A DNA stretch of 64,000 nucleotides, taken from the NCBI RefSeq assembly GCF_006345805.1, contig NC_043022.1, positions 25,234,001-25,298,000 of the forward strand, in the 5' to 3' direction. This document shows, in pieces, positions 1-12,540 of this stretch. Position 1 is the first letter of the stretch; the number at the start of each line of letters is the position of its first letter. The notes beneath the pieces are model-generated. The model ran no database searches and had not been told where the DNA came from. It worked only from the letters and a program-made list of their open reading frames with translations. The stretch comes from Octopus sinensis (Eukaryota). The position numbers and the translations under genes are program-made.

Positions 1-178
1 ATGTATATTGTGTCTCTAAAATATGTAACATATATGTATGTATGTAATATTATCTATATATATATATATATATAATATATATTTATTTTATAGAAGGAGC
101 TTCTATAAAATAAATAATTTACTCTGCTATGTATTGAGTACCTTATTTACTGTGTTTACCCCGACTCAACCCGGGCCC

Positions 179-231
<53 letters not shown>

Positions 232-323
232 ATATATATATATATATATTATATATATGTATGTATTGCTTGCATACATACATGTGTGTGTGTATGTGTG
301 TATTACATATATCTATATATATA

Positions 324-443
324 TAGGCTCGAAACGTTAAAGACTTGTTTTATTTATATTTCCTTCCTGAGCGCCATACTAATACAATTGTTCATTTGTT
401 TTCCACCTGCCTTCGTCTTTTGTGTTTATTTTCATAAGCTTCC
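324..443 (+). mobile_element. Truncated copy of the Penelope-like repeat
   Basis: TAGGCTCGAAACGTTAAAGAC...CCTGAGCG..ATACTAATACA shared with the other copies. Confidence 0.5.
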
Positions 444-1644
444 CGTTATATATATATATATATAATATATATTATATATTATATAATATATATTTGTATC
501 ATTGTCCTCAATCAACTACAGCTGATTGTTACTTTATTTTGTTTTATTCTGTGTTTTACCTTTGTACTAATATTTTTTTCTGTATGTAACACATATATAA
601 ACACAATTTAGTATGTATAATATAGATATGTGTATGTGTATATGTATATTGATAAAAATGGTAAAACAACAAAAGAAAGAAAGAGACCTCAATATTATGT
701 AAATAGAGGAATTTATCTGTAAATATAATATGTGACAATTATTTGGTATCCATGATAAAACTCCCAGTTTCGGATGCCGAGATGGAAATCCATGCCAACA
801 TCTCTTCAGTCATCCGGCCATCGGAAAAAATGCTATGGAAAATGACCGTCATACAAAGGGAAATTACTGTGTGATTGACCATTATTAAGACAAAAAAAGC
901 TATTTGAATGACCGCTAAGTGAGGGGAGGGAGTAAGGGGGGTAAAAAGGTTCATAGTATTCGTGCAAGCGCGTATGTTCATACCTACATTTTGATTGGGT
1001 AAGAGGCTTTGCAAAAACTAAAGTGAAAGGATCTTATTGGTCGACCATACAAGTGGTACGCAGAAAATAAAATATTTCATTATAAAAATATTAAAGTATA
1101 TAAAAAGATAAAGGGAGATGTATATGGAGAGGGTATATATGTTAATTAGATAAAGAAAAGAAAGGAAGCAAAAAAAAAAAAAAAGAAAGCATAGAAGGAA
1201 AAGGTAAAAGAAAAAAATAAGGGAAGAAAAGAAAGAAAAAGAATGGGATTTGAGCAAAGAAGACCTGAATTGATATGAAGACGTCTACAAAACATGGAAG
1301 ACACATTATTATAATAAGCAAGTATGTAACACATATAAAAGACTAAGTGAATATATGAATATATATGACAGTCTTCATGTATATTCATATATCCACATAT
1401 TTTTATGTCTCCCACACTTGCTTATTATTATAGGATGTTCTCCATATTTTCCGTGTGTCTTTATACTGAGTGATTCCACTCTTTATATCAATCTCTCTCT
1501 CTCTCTCTCTCTCTCTCATTCTCTTTCGTCTACACCTTTCTGTTGTAACTTCCCTACTTTATATGTATGCCTCTTTATTTTTTCTGCTATACTATATATA
1601 CATTCATATATATATATATATATATAAATTTCTATACACATAAT

Positions 1645-1679
<35 letters not shown>

Positions 1680-1716
1680 ACCACCCACACACATATATAA
1701 TATATATATAAATACA

Positions 1717-1790
<74 letters not shown>

Positions 1791-1810
1791 ATATATATAT
1801 ATATATATAT

Positions 1811-2022
1811 ACAGATGCCATGATAGATCGTTAGCCACTATACACATTTTTTTCTCTCCTTGTTTCTCTCTCTCTCCTTGTTTTTTTTCTTCTGTGTCCC
1901 TCTCTGTAGAAGAGCGTAGGCTCGAAACGTAACAGACTTTTTCTATTCCTGAGCGTTATACTAATACATTTGTTTGTTTTGTACACCACCTGTTTCTGTC
2001 TTTTGTTTTTTTCGTAAACTCT

Positions 2023-2025
<3 letters not shown>
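1811..2025 (+). mobile_element. Penelope-like terminal repeat fragment with hammerhead-like motif
   Basis: CTGTAGAA GAGC-GTAG-GCTC GAAACGT A at 1904-1931. Homologous to copies at 324, 3936, 50320 and 57995. Flanked by (TA)n. Penelope assignment is inferred from the motif. Confidence 0.55.
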
Positions 2026-2066
<41 letters not shown>

Positions 2067-2448
2067 CCCTTTATCTATCTGTCTGTCTGCCTGTCTCATA
2101 TATATATAGAGAGTAAAGTTTATTTGCCAATGTAAAGTGGCAGTCATGCTTAGGATGAATGTCACTGCTATTTAGCCCCGGGGAAAAAATCTTCTCAAGC
2201 TGGCTATTGATGCACCAACTGCATCCTTATAAAAATGAAAAATATATAAGGGCACAGTTTGTGCATCAATAGCCAGCTGGAGAAGATTTTTTTCCTGGGG
2301 CTGAATAGCAGTAACATTCATCCTAACCAGGACTGCCACTTTACATTGGCAAATAAACTTTACTCTAAGTACTGTTGCTGCTTGTTTCTCATTCAGAGAT
2401 TTAGAACTATAGTTTTTTTTATCGTATATATATATATATAGATATATA

Positions 2449-2480
<32 letters not shown>

Positions 2481-3302
2481 CTATCTATCTATATATAATA
2501 TATATATATATTATATATATAATATATATATATATACACACACACACACATACACACACACACACATACACACACAACATGTATATATACAATATATAAA
2601 CATATATATATGCATATACATATATATATGTAAAAAGCTGTAAAAACTACCAAAATAGACAGTGAAGCCTGGTGCAGTCTTTTGCCTAGCCAACATAGAA
2701 AACGGATGTCAAATGATGATGATGATGATATGTGTATATAAATACATACACACACACATACATACATACATACATACACACATGCATACACACACACTCA
2801 CATACATACATACATACATACATACATACATACATACGTATCTATGTATGTATAATTTTTATATTGTATTACAACAGTCATATGATCAACCAATAAGATT
2901 GTTTTATCTCAGTTTTTGTGTTATATTTTATCCAATCAAAATTTACCTTGATGGCTTAACAATTCTAAGTTTCACTTTTTCCATAATTGTCTGATGATTA
3001 AAAAACAGGACACTTACAGTGTGGATTTCTGAATTTTCAGCTTCTAAACATGAGGAAAAAAAAAAGAAATTTGTGTGTGTGTGTGGTTTATATTATATTA
3101 CATACATGTATTACTCTTACTCTTTTACTTGTTTCAGTCATTTGACTGTGGCCATGCTGGAGCACCACCTTTAATCAAGCAACTCGACCCCGGGACTTAT
3201 TCTTTTGTAAGCTCCAGTACTTATTCTATCGGTCTCTTTTGCCAAACCGCTAAGTAACGGGGACATAAACAGACCAGCATCGGTTGTCAAGCAATGCATA
3301 TA

Positions 3303-3348
<46 letters not shown>

Positions 3349-3935
3349 CAATATACAACGGGCTTCTTTCAGTTTCCGTCTACCAAATCCACTCACAAGG
3401 CTTTGGTCGGCCCGAGGCTATAGTAGAAGACACTTGTCCAAGGTGCCACGCAGTGGGACTGAACCCGGAACCATGTGGTTGGTAAGCAAGCTACTTACCA
3501 CACAGCCACTCCTGCGCCGATTATATATATTATATATATTCTATCCATGTGTGTGTGTTTTCCATAATCTAACAGTTCAAAAGAGATTGATAAAACGAGT
3601 ACCAGATTTAAAGACAGCTACTCAGGTTGATGTAATTGACTGAACACTTGAAAGTGGCACCATTCCATGGCCACAGCTGATGATCAGTAAAAGAATATGT
3701 ACATTTGTACACATGTAGAGATATATATATGTGTGTGCAATAAACATAAATATGTGTATGTATGTGTGCATGTGTATATGCGCGTACACACACACACACA
3801 CCACACACAGATATATATATATATATAATCTATATATATCTATATATATATATATATATATATACTATTAATACATGTATATTTGTATGTTTATCTGTAC
3901 ATGTGTGTGTTCACTTTATATATAATGTATATATA

Positions 3936-4115
3936 TAGATCGCTAGCCACTACACATTCTTTATTTTCTCTCCTTGCTTCTTTCTGTGTTCCTTTCTGTG
4001 GAAGAGCATAGGCTCGAAATGTTAAGACTTTTTCACTTCCTGAGTGTTATACTAATACATCTATTTGTTGTCTACACCACTGTCCTCATCTTTGTTTTGT
4101 TTGTGAATTCTCCCA
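3936..4115 (+). mobile_element. Penelope-like repeat copy
   Basis: CTGTGGAA GAGC-ATAG-GCTC GAAATGT at 3996-4022. Confidence 0.55.
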
Positions 4116-4142
4116 ATATATATGTATGTGTATTTGTTATAT

Positions 4143-4184
<42 letters not shown>

Positions 4185-4571
4185 TATATATTCTATATTA
4201 TGTATGTTTATTATTTATATATATATGTATGTGTGTATATATTGTGTATGTGTTGTGTATATATGAGTGACTGGTCAAGCAAAAGAATGATGTACTTAGT
4301 GCATGTGATAGGAGTTACATGTATTATTATTATTATTATCATTATTATTATTATTGTTATTATTATTGTTATTATTATTGTTATTATTATTATTATTTAA
4401 CAGCTTGAATCAGCTTCATGCAGCTTAAACTTTTGTCGGCTCATTATACAAAACTTGCATGAGGCCAAATCAAACCGTTAAATAATAATAACAACAACAA
4501 CAACAATAATAATAATAATAATAATGATAATAATAATAATATTAATAATAATAACAATAATAATAACAACT

Positions 4572-4613
<42 letters not shown>

Positions 4614-5052
4614 TATATATATATATTATATATTGCATGCTGGTAAACAGGATTATTCTATCTTGCCTAAAACGTTTTCTGTGATTGTCTTTGCAGTCGA
4701 CACTACTCATCAATGTGTCTGAAATTAAGATCTGGCTGAGATCATTCCAATTTGCCTCACTTGAACATGCCTCAGTGTTTGTATGGTGTGAATAGCTTAT
4801 ATCCTCTGTATGGACAGTTCATGAAAGCTTTTGGTGGACGAGCTACCCATGTATATCAGTTTAGTGGTCTCCATTAGCATATATAACTAAAGAGTTCTTG
4901 GTTGGTTCTCCACTAATAATATAGTTGCATTCTGCATTACACACACACACGTGTGTTTGTATATTGTGTCAGTAGTTCATATATCCATAAAAAAAAGCAC
5001 ACTAATGCATTAGAGCAGTAATATATTTTTTGAGAAGTTAAATGTTATGGCC

Positions 5053-5324
5053 AGTCATAGAGTGACCATTGGTTTTGCACCTATAAACCGCTTAGCAGTA
5101 TTGGCAATTTGGCAGACTCAAATGGCTGGAGGCGCATGACTTCTCTACAACTGGAGAAAGAAATACATGATGGGTAGTTAGTTTTGTGTTTCTCTAGAAT
5201 AACTGACTGTGATATACTTCTTCCTGCAGTTAAGAGGTTATGTGCCATCAGCCATTTGAATCTGATGAGTCGCCTATACTGCTAAGCACTTTGTAGGTGT
5301 GAATCCAATGGTCGCTCTATGACT
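5053..5324. mobile_element. Foldback MITE with about 95-bp imperfect inverted arms
   Basis: AGTCATAGAGTGACCATTGG... versus ...CCAATGGTCGCTCTATGACT. Confidence 0.7.
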
Positions 5325-5339
5325 ATCTCTTACTCCGTA

Positions 5340-5371
<32 letters not shown>

Positions 5372-6403
5372 ATATATATATATAAGAAAAAGGAAAAATA
5401 TCAATTAATAAGTATATTTATTAACTGTAAAAATAAACATAATCACTTACAGCTGTTTCAGTTTCATAGTTTAAAGATTTCAATTGCCGTTATGTTCTGA
5501 GTTCAAATTCCGCCGAGGTCGACTTTGCCTTTCATCCTTTCGGGGTCGATTAAATAAATACCAGTTGCGCACTGGGGTCGATATAATTGACTTAATCCAT
5601 TTGTCTGTCTTTGGTTGTCCCCTCTGTGTGTAGCCCCTATGTCCTGAGTTCAAATTCCACCAGGGTCGACTTAGTTTCTCATCCTTTTGGCACTGATAAA
5701 ATAAGTACCAGTTGAGCACTGGGGTCAATGTAATTGACTTAATCCTCTCCCCCGAAATTGCTGGCCTTGTGCCAAAATTTGAAACCAGTATCAAATTTTC
5801 TAATATTGATTTTATTTTTCATCTTGGTTCATTACAATTTGTAGTAGTTCCCTGTTAAGTCAAACTCAGAAAACCTTTCATTCATGATGAAGCAATCCTG
5901 TTTACAATTAAACATTTAAAAAAAAATTTACTGCTTCATTATTAAAACAGTTTGGATTCTTTTATTTCGTTTTTTTAATTAAAAGTGATCAGGTTGACTT
6001 TAAAGGACTCCGTATCATTTTAAATTGGATTCTTAGCCTTTATTTTTAAATATTTTTTTTAACAGATATACCACTTTAACTTAACACCAGCTGGATTCAC
6101 TGCCTCTTATTTGGATTCTTTTCTGATTCTAAAATAATTTTATCTTATTTTAGACTTTTATATTGTGTTTTTTAAATAGTCTTTTTTTTTCTGTAAATGC
6201 AACAACACTATAATTACTAAAACCATTTGGATTTAGCCATGAAACCTGCCCAGTTTGCCTCAGCATGTTCATATCAATAACTTGACTGTATTGATCTTGT
6301 TGACTATTTTAGTAGAAAAATATCCTCCTAAACTGCACTGGTGGTTTTGGTTGGTTGTGGTGGTGTTGTTGATGGTGGCAGTTCATACACTGTTTCTGTT
6401 TAG

Positions 6404-6444
6404 TTCTATAATCCCAAGCAGGATGATGGCAAATTGGAATGGAA
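6404..6444 (+). CDS. Candidate 41-nt exon FYNPKQDDGKLEW(K)
   Basis: Acceptor tgtttctgtttAG, donor GAA|gtatgt. The phase-0 reading ends in phase 2, compatible with 19271. Confidence 0.3.
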
Positions 6445-8019
6445 GTATGTTTCTTGCTTGTTTTTTCTGCAATTTATCAGGGTGCCGCTAATGATGATGA
6501 TGATGGTAGTGGTGGTGGCAGCAGTGATTATGATAATAATTCATGGTTTCAGAAACACATAGAAATTTTCCTTTCTCGAAGCAAGAATTATGTACAACTT
6601 GGAGATCATGCTTGGATCTTCATTGTGAATGAAAAATGTTCAGGTTTAACTGTAAAAACAAATGCTTTGTGAGAATGCCCTAACAATGTTTACAGATGCT
6701 AGTATTGCTGTTTTCTGCTTTTCACATGCAAGGCAGTGGGACTCGCTCTGAGTACTCTAATCTTTTCACAGTGTATCTACTGGCTGCCTTGGTAAAGAAC
6801 GTCCTCAGAGGAACCATGCAGATTGGCTGAATGTCGTGAGATGATGAACATATGACTGTGAACAAATAGTGGATTGCCACCATGCATAAAATTCGGATGC
6901 CAGCAACGTCAAGTTGAACGAGACCACCCATTGAGGCAAACAACGAACAAGCGCATCTACCAAATGCAAGCACTAATGCATGTGTGATTGAGCAAAGCAG
7001 ACACAGGCGATGCCTATCCTTATAGGTAATTTGTCAAAGTCTTTACAGAAATGGTTGTGCATCACTCTTGTTGTACCAGTGATCGGTACATCCTGTAATT
7101 GGTATAATGTTTTTAGTTCAGCAGCTGTGTTAGTATAACTCCATAGTATTTCGGTTCACTTATGTACAATGTTATATTTATTTAGTATTGCTATATCTAT
7201 TTCTTTATTGCCCACAAGGGGCTAAACACAGAGGGGACAAACAAGGACAGACAAATGGATTAAGTCGATTGTATCGACCCCAGTGCATAACTGGTACTTA
7301 ATTTATCGACCCCCGAAAGGATGAAAGGCAAAGTCGACCTCGGTAGAATTTGAACTCAGAACGTAAAGACAAACAAAATACCTATTTCTTTACTACCCAC
7401 AAGGGGCTAAACACAGAGGGGACAAACAAGGATAGACAAACAGATTAAGTCAATTATATCGACCCCAGTGTGTAACTGGTACTCAATTTATCAACCCTGA
7501 AAGGATGAAAGGTAAAGTTGACTTCGGCGGAATTTGAACTCAGAACGTAATAGCTAAGCATTTTGCTCGGCGTGCTAACAATTCTGCCAGCTTGCCGCCT
7601 TATATCGATGATTAATATACCGTTGTCATGAACATGAAGTAAGACTTGTGCTAGCTGGTGGTCTGCTTGTATGATGAAGCTCCATAGTATTTTCACTTTG
7701 TCATTTTCTGAGAAAGATTGAAATTAATATGAATACCAGAGAGTTTTTTTTTTTGCTTTATCGCATTAAATTTTGATGTCTAAAGTAGCTTTGCTAGGTT
7801 ATACTGTCTCCAAGTGTATTTTGTCAGAGCTAATGTCACCTAGTGAGGTTCATTATCACAAGAGATACACACTCAGGCCATGTATTTTGTGGCAAGTAGA
7901 AATATTCCTTTCATTGTTACTTGTAGTGACAGCTTGTTCTTCAGTTGAGAAGGTTGTAGCTTCAGCTTCTCTGTTGAGGCTAAATTTGTGGTCCAAATCA
8001 GAAAGTTTTTTTTCCTTAA

Positions 8020-8240
8020 TCCTTTAGCCTTTAAACCGGCCATATCCGGCCAAAAGTATTCTGCTTGTTTTATGTTCAAACTAGCTATATCTGGTCTCTC
8101 ACACCAACCCTACAATATCATCTTAAAAATTAACTGCTACCTCATCAAAATCTCAAAGCTACAAGATAATGCATGATTAGTTCAAAACAATGTGGATAAA
8201 AAAGGATTAATTTAGGCAGAATAATATGAACAGTAAAGGG
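8020..8240. mobile_element. piggyBac-type MITE
   Basis: TTAA-(T/C)CCTTTAG ... TAAAGGG-TTAA ends. Second copy at 27620-27842. Confidence 0.8.
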
Positions 8241-10535
8241 TTAAATTTATATATTCAGTATGGGAGAATATTGATTTCATGATTTGGCACAAGGCCAGTA
8301 ATTTCAGAGTAGGGAGTAAGTCAATTACATCAACTCCAATGCTCAGCTGGTATTTATTTCATCAACTTTGTAAGGATGAGAGGCAAAATTGTCCTTGGTA
8401 GCATTTGAACTCAGAATGTAAAAATGGATAAAATGCCTCTAAGCATTTTGTAAAGAAATAAAATTACTCATTAGATAAAATAGTTTTTAGGAGTGGCTGT
8501 GTGGTAAGTAGCTTGCTTACCAACCACATGGTCCCGGGTTCAGTCCCACTGCATGGCACCTTGGGCAAGTGTCTTCTACTATAGCCTCAGGCCAACCAAA
8601 GCCTTGTGAGTGGATTTGGTAGACGGAAAGTGAAAGAAGCCCGACGTATATATGTATATATATATATGTATGTGTGTGTTTGTCCCCCCAACATCGCTTG
8701 ACAACCGATGCTGGTGTGGTTACGTCCCTGTAACTTAGCGGCTTAGCAAAAGAGACCGATAGAATAAGTACTAGGCTTACAAAGAATAAGTCCTGGGTTT
8801 GATTTGATCGACTAAAGGCGGTGCTCCAGCATGGCCACAGTCAAATCACTAAAACAAAAAAGAGTAAAAAAAAGCATGTGTTTGTAAGGAGCAGAAGTAT
8901 ACTCTAACATATTGTATAGGCCCTGTTATTTGCTCAACTAAAGGCGGTGCTCCAGCATGGTCACAGTCAAATGACTGAAACAAGTAAAAGAGTAAGAGTA
9001 AAGAGTATGTATGCAGATGCACTGGGACTATGTTAGTTATGATGACAAGGGCTCCAGTTGGTCCGATCATCAGAACAACCTGCTTGTGATATTTAATGTG
9101 CAAGTGGCTGAGCACTCCACAGTCATGTGTGCCCTTAATGTAGTTCTCCGGGACATTCAGAGTGACTCAGAATGTGATAAAGTTGGTCCTTTGAATTACA
9201 AGTACCACTCATTTTTGCCAGCTGAGTGGACTGGAGCAATGTGAAGTAAAGTCTTGCTGCTAGGAATTGAACTCACGACCATAAACCAAAAACCCTAACC
9301 ACTGTGTAGGTATTATGCCCGAAAAAGAAAATTAAGACAGGATGGTCATCAGTAATGGAAATGGGTGTGGGACTGAGTGGGATGGTGTTCTCCTCCTACT
9401 TTTCAGCCCATGGAGAAGGGGGTGAGCTTATAGCAGCTGAGGTCCTCAGCTTTCCCATTCTCAACCTCACCGACAGTCATGGTTGGAACAGCTTTGATCA
9501 TAGATCTGTTTAATCATGGCCGATACAAGGGTAAATAACAATGACAACAACAACAGCAGCAACAACAGCAACACCAATCCAATGAAGCTGCATCCATGTG
9601 GTTGACTGCTTGACCTGTAAATTGGCAGGACATGTTGAATGATGTATTCCTAGGTACATTATGTCTGAAAAATATATAAAATAAAACAGGATTGTCTTTG
9701 ATAGAACACTGTCATCATAGATCTGCTTGAATAGGGCTGGTTGACCTTGGGCTAAACAATATTGCCCTCACCCCTTCACCCGTCTCTATCTTGCTATTCA
9801 TTGAAAACTTCAAAAACAGTGATTTATCTTCTTGTTTTTGTACTTTTAGTATTTTTTTTTTCAAATATAAAAATGCCAAAACTAATAACAAAACAAACCA
9901 AAAACCCCAGAAAAACCCATTATGCTAATTAAAGATTTGATTCTGATGAATCTAGCGAAGATATATCTAGATATTGTAAATCTTATTAATTAATTATTAA
10001 TTCTAATATTCTTCTCTGCTTTCTTATTTCTCTCACGTTTAACAATCTTTTCAAAAATATTTTTTTTGTTTACTTTCTGTTTTCTACTCCCACCTCTCCA
10101 GCAACCTTTTTTTTTCTTCCTCTCTCTTCTCATATATAACAAAAGCTTGCTTCTCATCAGATTTGAACTCCTGACACTCCCTCACTCAGCCACTCAGTCA
10201 ATCAGTTGTTGTTATGCATCTCCAAATCAATCCATCAATATAATATTCTCACTGTTTGTTGACCTGTTGCTAGAAACAGCCCATCGCTCCCCACCCTCAT
10301 ATGCCTGTCTTTGAATCTTAAAATTGGTTTTTCAGTTTATTTTGGTTCCTTTTTGTTATTTTTGTGTGGGTCTTTTCGTTTTCTTAAATTTTATTTTCTA
10401 TAAAGAAATTTTTTTCTTTTTCTATTCTGTTTTTCAAATTCTTTTTTTTTCAATTTTTATTAAACCCAATGACTGCGTACCTTCAAACATCTATACACAA
10501 ACCTTTTCTATTTCTTCTGCACACAGAAGAGCATC

Positions 10536-10584
<49 letters not shown>

Positions 10585-11448
10585 ACATACATACATACAC
10601 ATACAAGTGCATATGCTAACAACCAATCATTAGTACTAACACCTGCACACACACACACAACACATCCATACTGATACACACACATTCACAGATATACACA
10701 GACACCTGTATGTGTGTATATAAAATATAAAATACTCTGGAGTATTGATTATAAAATTATTTGAAACCAATTTAATTGCTTACTTTCTGATTAAATGTGG
10801 GCCTTAAACAAAAACAAAAAAAAAAGCAAAAAGAAAAAAAAGCAAACAAACAAAAGACTGGTCTGTGATCAAGCAGTTGATTAGCCAAAAGAAGAACTGT
10901 TTGATTAGTAATCAGAACTGAACTGGCAGCAGAGGTAGAGAGATATCTATCTTAAATTACAAATAACACAAGTGTTTGGTGTGTTTGTTCACTGATGCAT
11001 ATGTCAGGTTTGGTTTGATTTGGTTTGGTTCTGTGAGAGGAATGGCTTAAAAGGAAGGTGGAACAGCAGGAGGTAGAGGAGTTGCAACAGTGGTGGAAGC
11101 CATGGCAGGAGAGAACGAGGGTTGGGAGTAATTGATAAAGAAAACAAAATAATAAAAAACAAAAAAAAAATTAAATGTTGAACTTGAAAAAAAATCTCCT
11201 AAGTCAGTGATGCATATGTCAGATTATGTATAGGTTATTTAACCCCCAAAGTTTGCCCCTGTTGAGCAGAAACCTAATCAAATGTTTTCTAGTTGTGACC
11301 ATTTTACTATCACCCCTACCTTAAACAACTCCTAGCCATAGTGTATCTAGTGCTCCTCTCTTGGTGTACCTAAAAGTTCTCTGTAGTCTTCTTGTTGCCC
11401 AGCAGATATATGATCAAATACCAAACTGGTATTTCTTTTATATTTTAT

Positions 11449-11800
11449 TAAGTTAAGTTAAGTTAATTTTTCTGGCTCAAAAAGCAAAAAGCAAGGCCAT
11501 GTAGGGGGACATGGATTGTGTACAGGGAGGGTGTTCATGCAAAGAGTTCAGGCCATTTCTGGTCAAGAGAGACTTTGAACCGATGCGGGGTCGTCGGCAT
11601 CTTCACTATCTCGTCCGGCAGCTTTTCCACACGGATCTGCAACCCGGACGGAGAAAGCCCCTCTCCTTCGATTGAGATGAAATCGTCGCAGATAGAGCTT
11701 TTTTCGGAGTGACCCCGCAGCCGATGCTCTGGAGCAGGAGTGAAGAACAGCTCTTTCGAGAGGTTACACTTTCCGCTTATTCATTTGTTATCGGGTATAG
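11449..11800 (-). mobile_element. CR1-clade LINE 3' end, frameshifted
   Basis: Minus strand LFFTPAPEHRLRGHSEK/LYLRRFHLNRRRGAFSVRVAD/KLPDEIVKMPT..FKVSLDQKWPELFA*, then a short 3' UTR and (AACTT)n tail. Confidence 0.75.
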
Positions 11801-12007
11801 TGCACCTAGGACTATATCATTGAAAATATCTTCCCTTTTATATCTATTTTCAGCCCTTCAGCATTCAGGTTACTCTGTCAAATCTAATGCTTATTTATTC
11901 TCATTGTTTTGAATTGATCATGTATTATCTCATAGCTTTGAGATGTTGACGATGTGATTGTAGAATGATATTGCTAAATATGTGTGAGACGCCATATATG
12001 GCCAGTT

Positions 12008-12238
12008 AGGCGGCGAGCTGGCAGAAACGTTAGAACGCTGGGCGAAATGCGTAGCTGTATTTCGTCTGCCATTATGTTCTGAGTTCAAATTCCGCTGAGG
12101 TCGACTTTGCCTTTCATCCTTTCGGGGTTGATTAAACAAGTACCAGTTACGCACTGGGTCGATGTAATCGACTTAATCCGTTTATCTGTCCTTGTTTGTG
12201 CTCTCTGTGTTTAGCCCCTTGTGGGTAGTAAAGAAATA
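12008..12238 (+). mobile_element. tRNA-derived SINE family B (about 230 bp)
   Basis: Head GGCGGCGAGCTGGCAGAA, B box GAGTTCAAATTCC, body CTTTCATCCTTTCGGGGTCGATAAA..AAGTACCAG. Other plus copies near 5484, 5641, 13290, 20452, 20629, 24955, 25160, 54347, 54580 and 62220. Confidence 0.9.
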
Positions 12239-12324
12239 CATATATGGCCAGTTTATATGCTGAAGAGCTTAATAGTAGCAAGTTCTGTGAGAAGGATATG
12301 GTTTTTATTTCTATGGAGCTGGGT

Positions 12325-12540
12325 GGCTTGGCTTGGCTTTGTGCTCTTGCTTGATGGGACTGGGCTTATTCCAAGTTAGTGGTCCCAGAGGCATCATGCA
12401 CAGAGACAACCAAGTCCACTAGTGCTCTCCATCGCTAAAGGTCTCATGCCAGCACTTCTGCATCCTCCAGGGTGACGTTGAGCCTCTGGAGATCTCAAAT
12501 CATGTTCACCAGTCTCCCTAAATTATGACAGTGTTTGTTG
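12325..12540 (-). mobile_element. RTE-like LINE C-terminal relic
   Basis: Minus strand DLQRLNVTLEDAEVLA*DL*RWRALVDLV resembles the RTE C-terminal A.DR..WR motif. (AAGCC)n tail. Confidence 0.5.

Noticed and set aside
739-1014. Minus-strand 91-aa ORF in unique sequence (similarly 6722-6973)
   Set aside because: No recognisable domain or splice context; probably a decayed TE.
9350-9475. C/D-box snoRNA
   Set aside because: There is a terminal CTGA on the minus strand but no proper RUGAUGA C box, and it is antisense to the inferred host gene.
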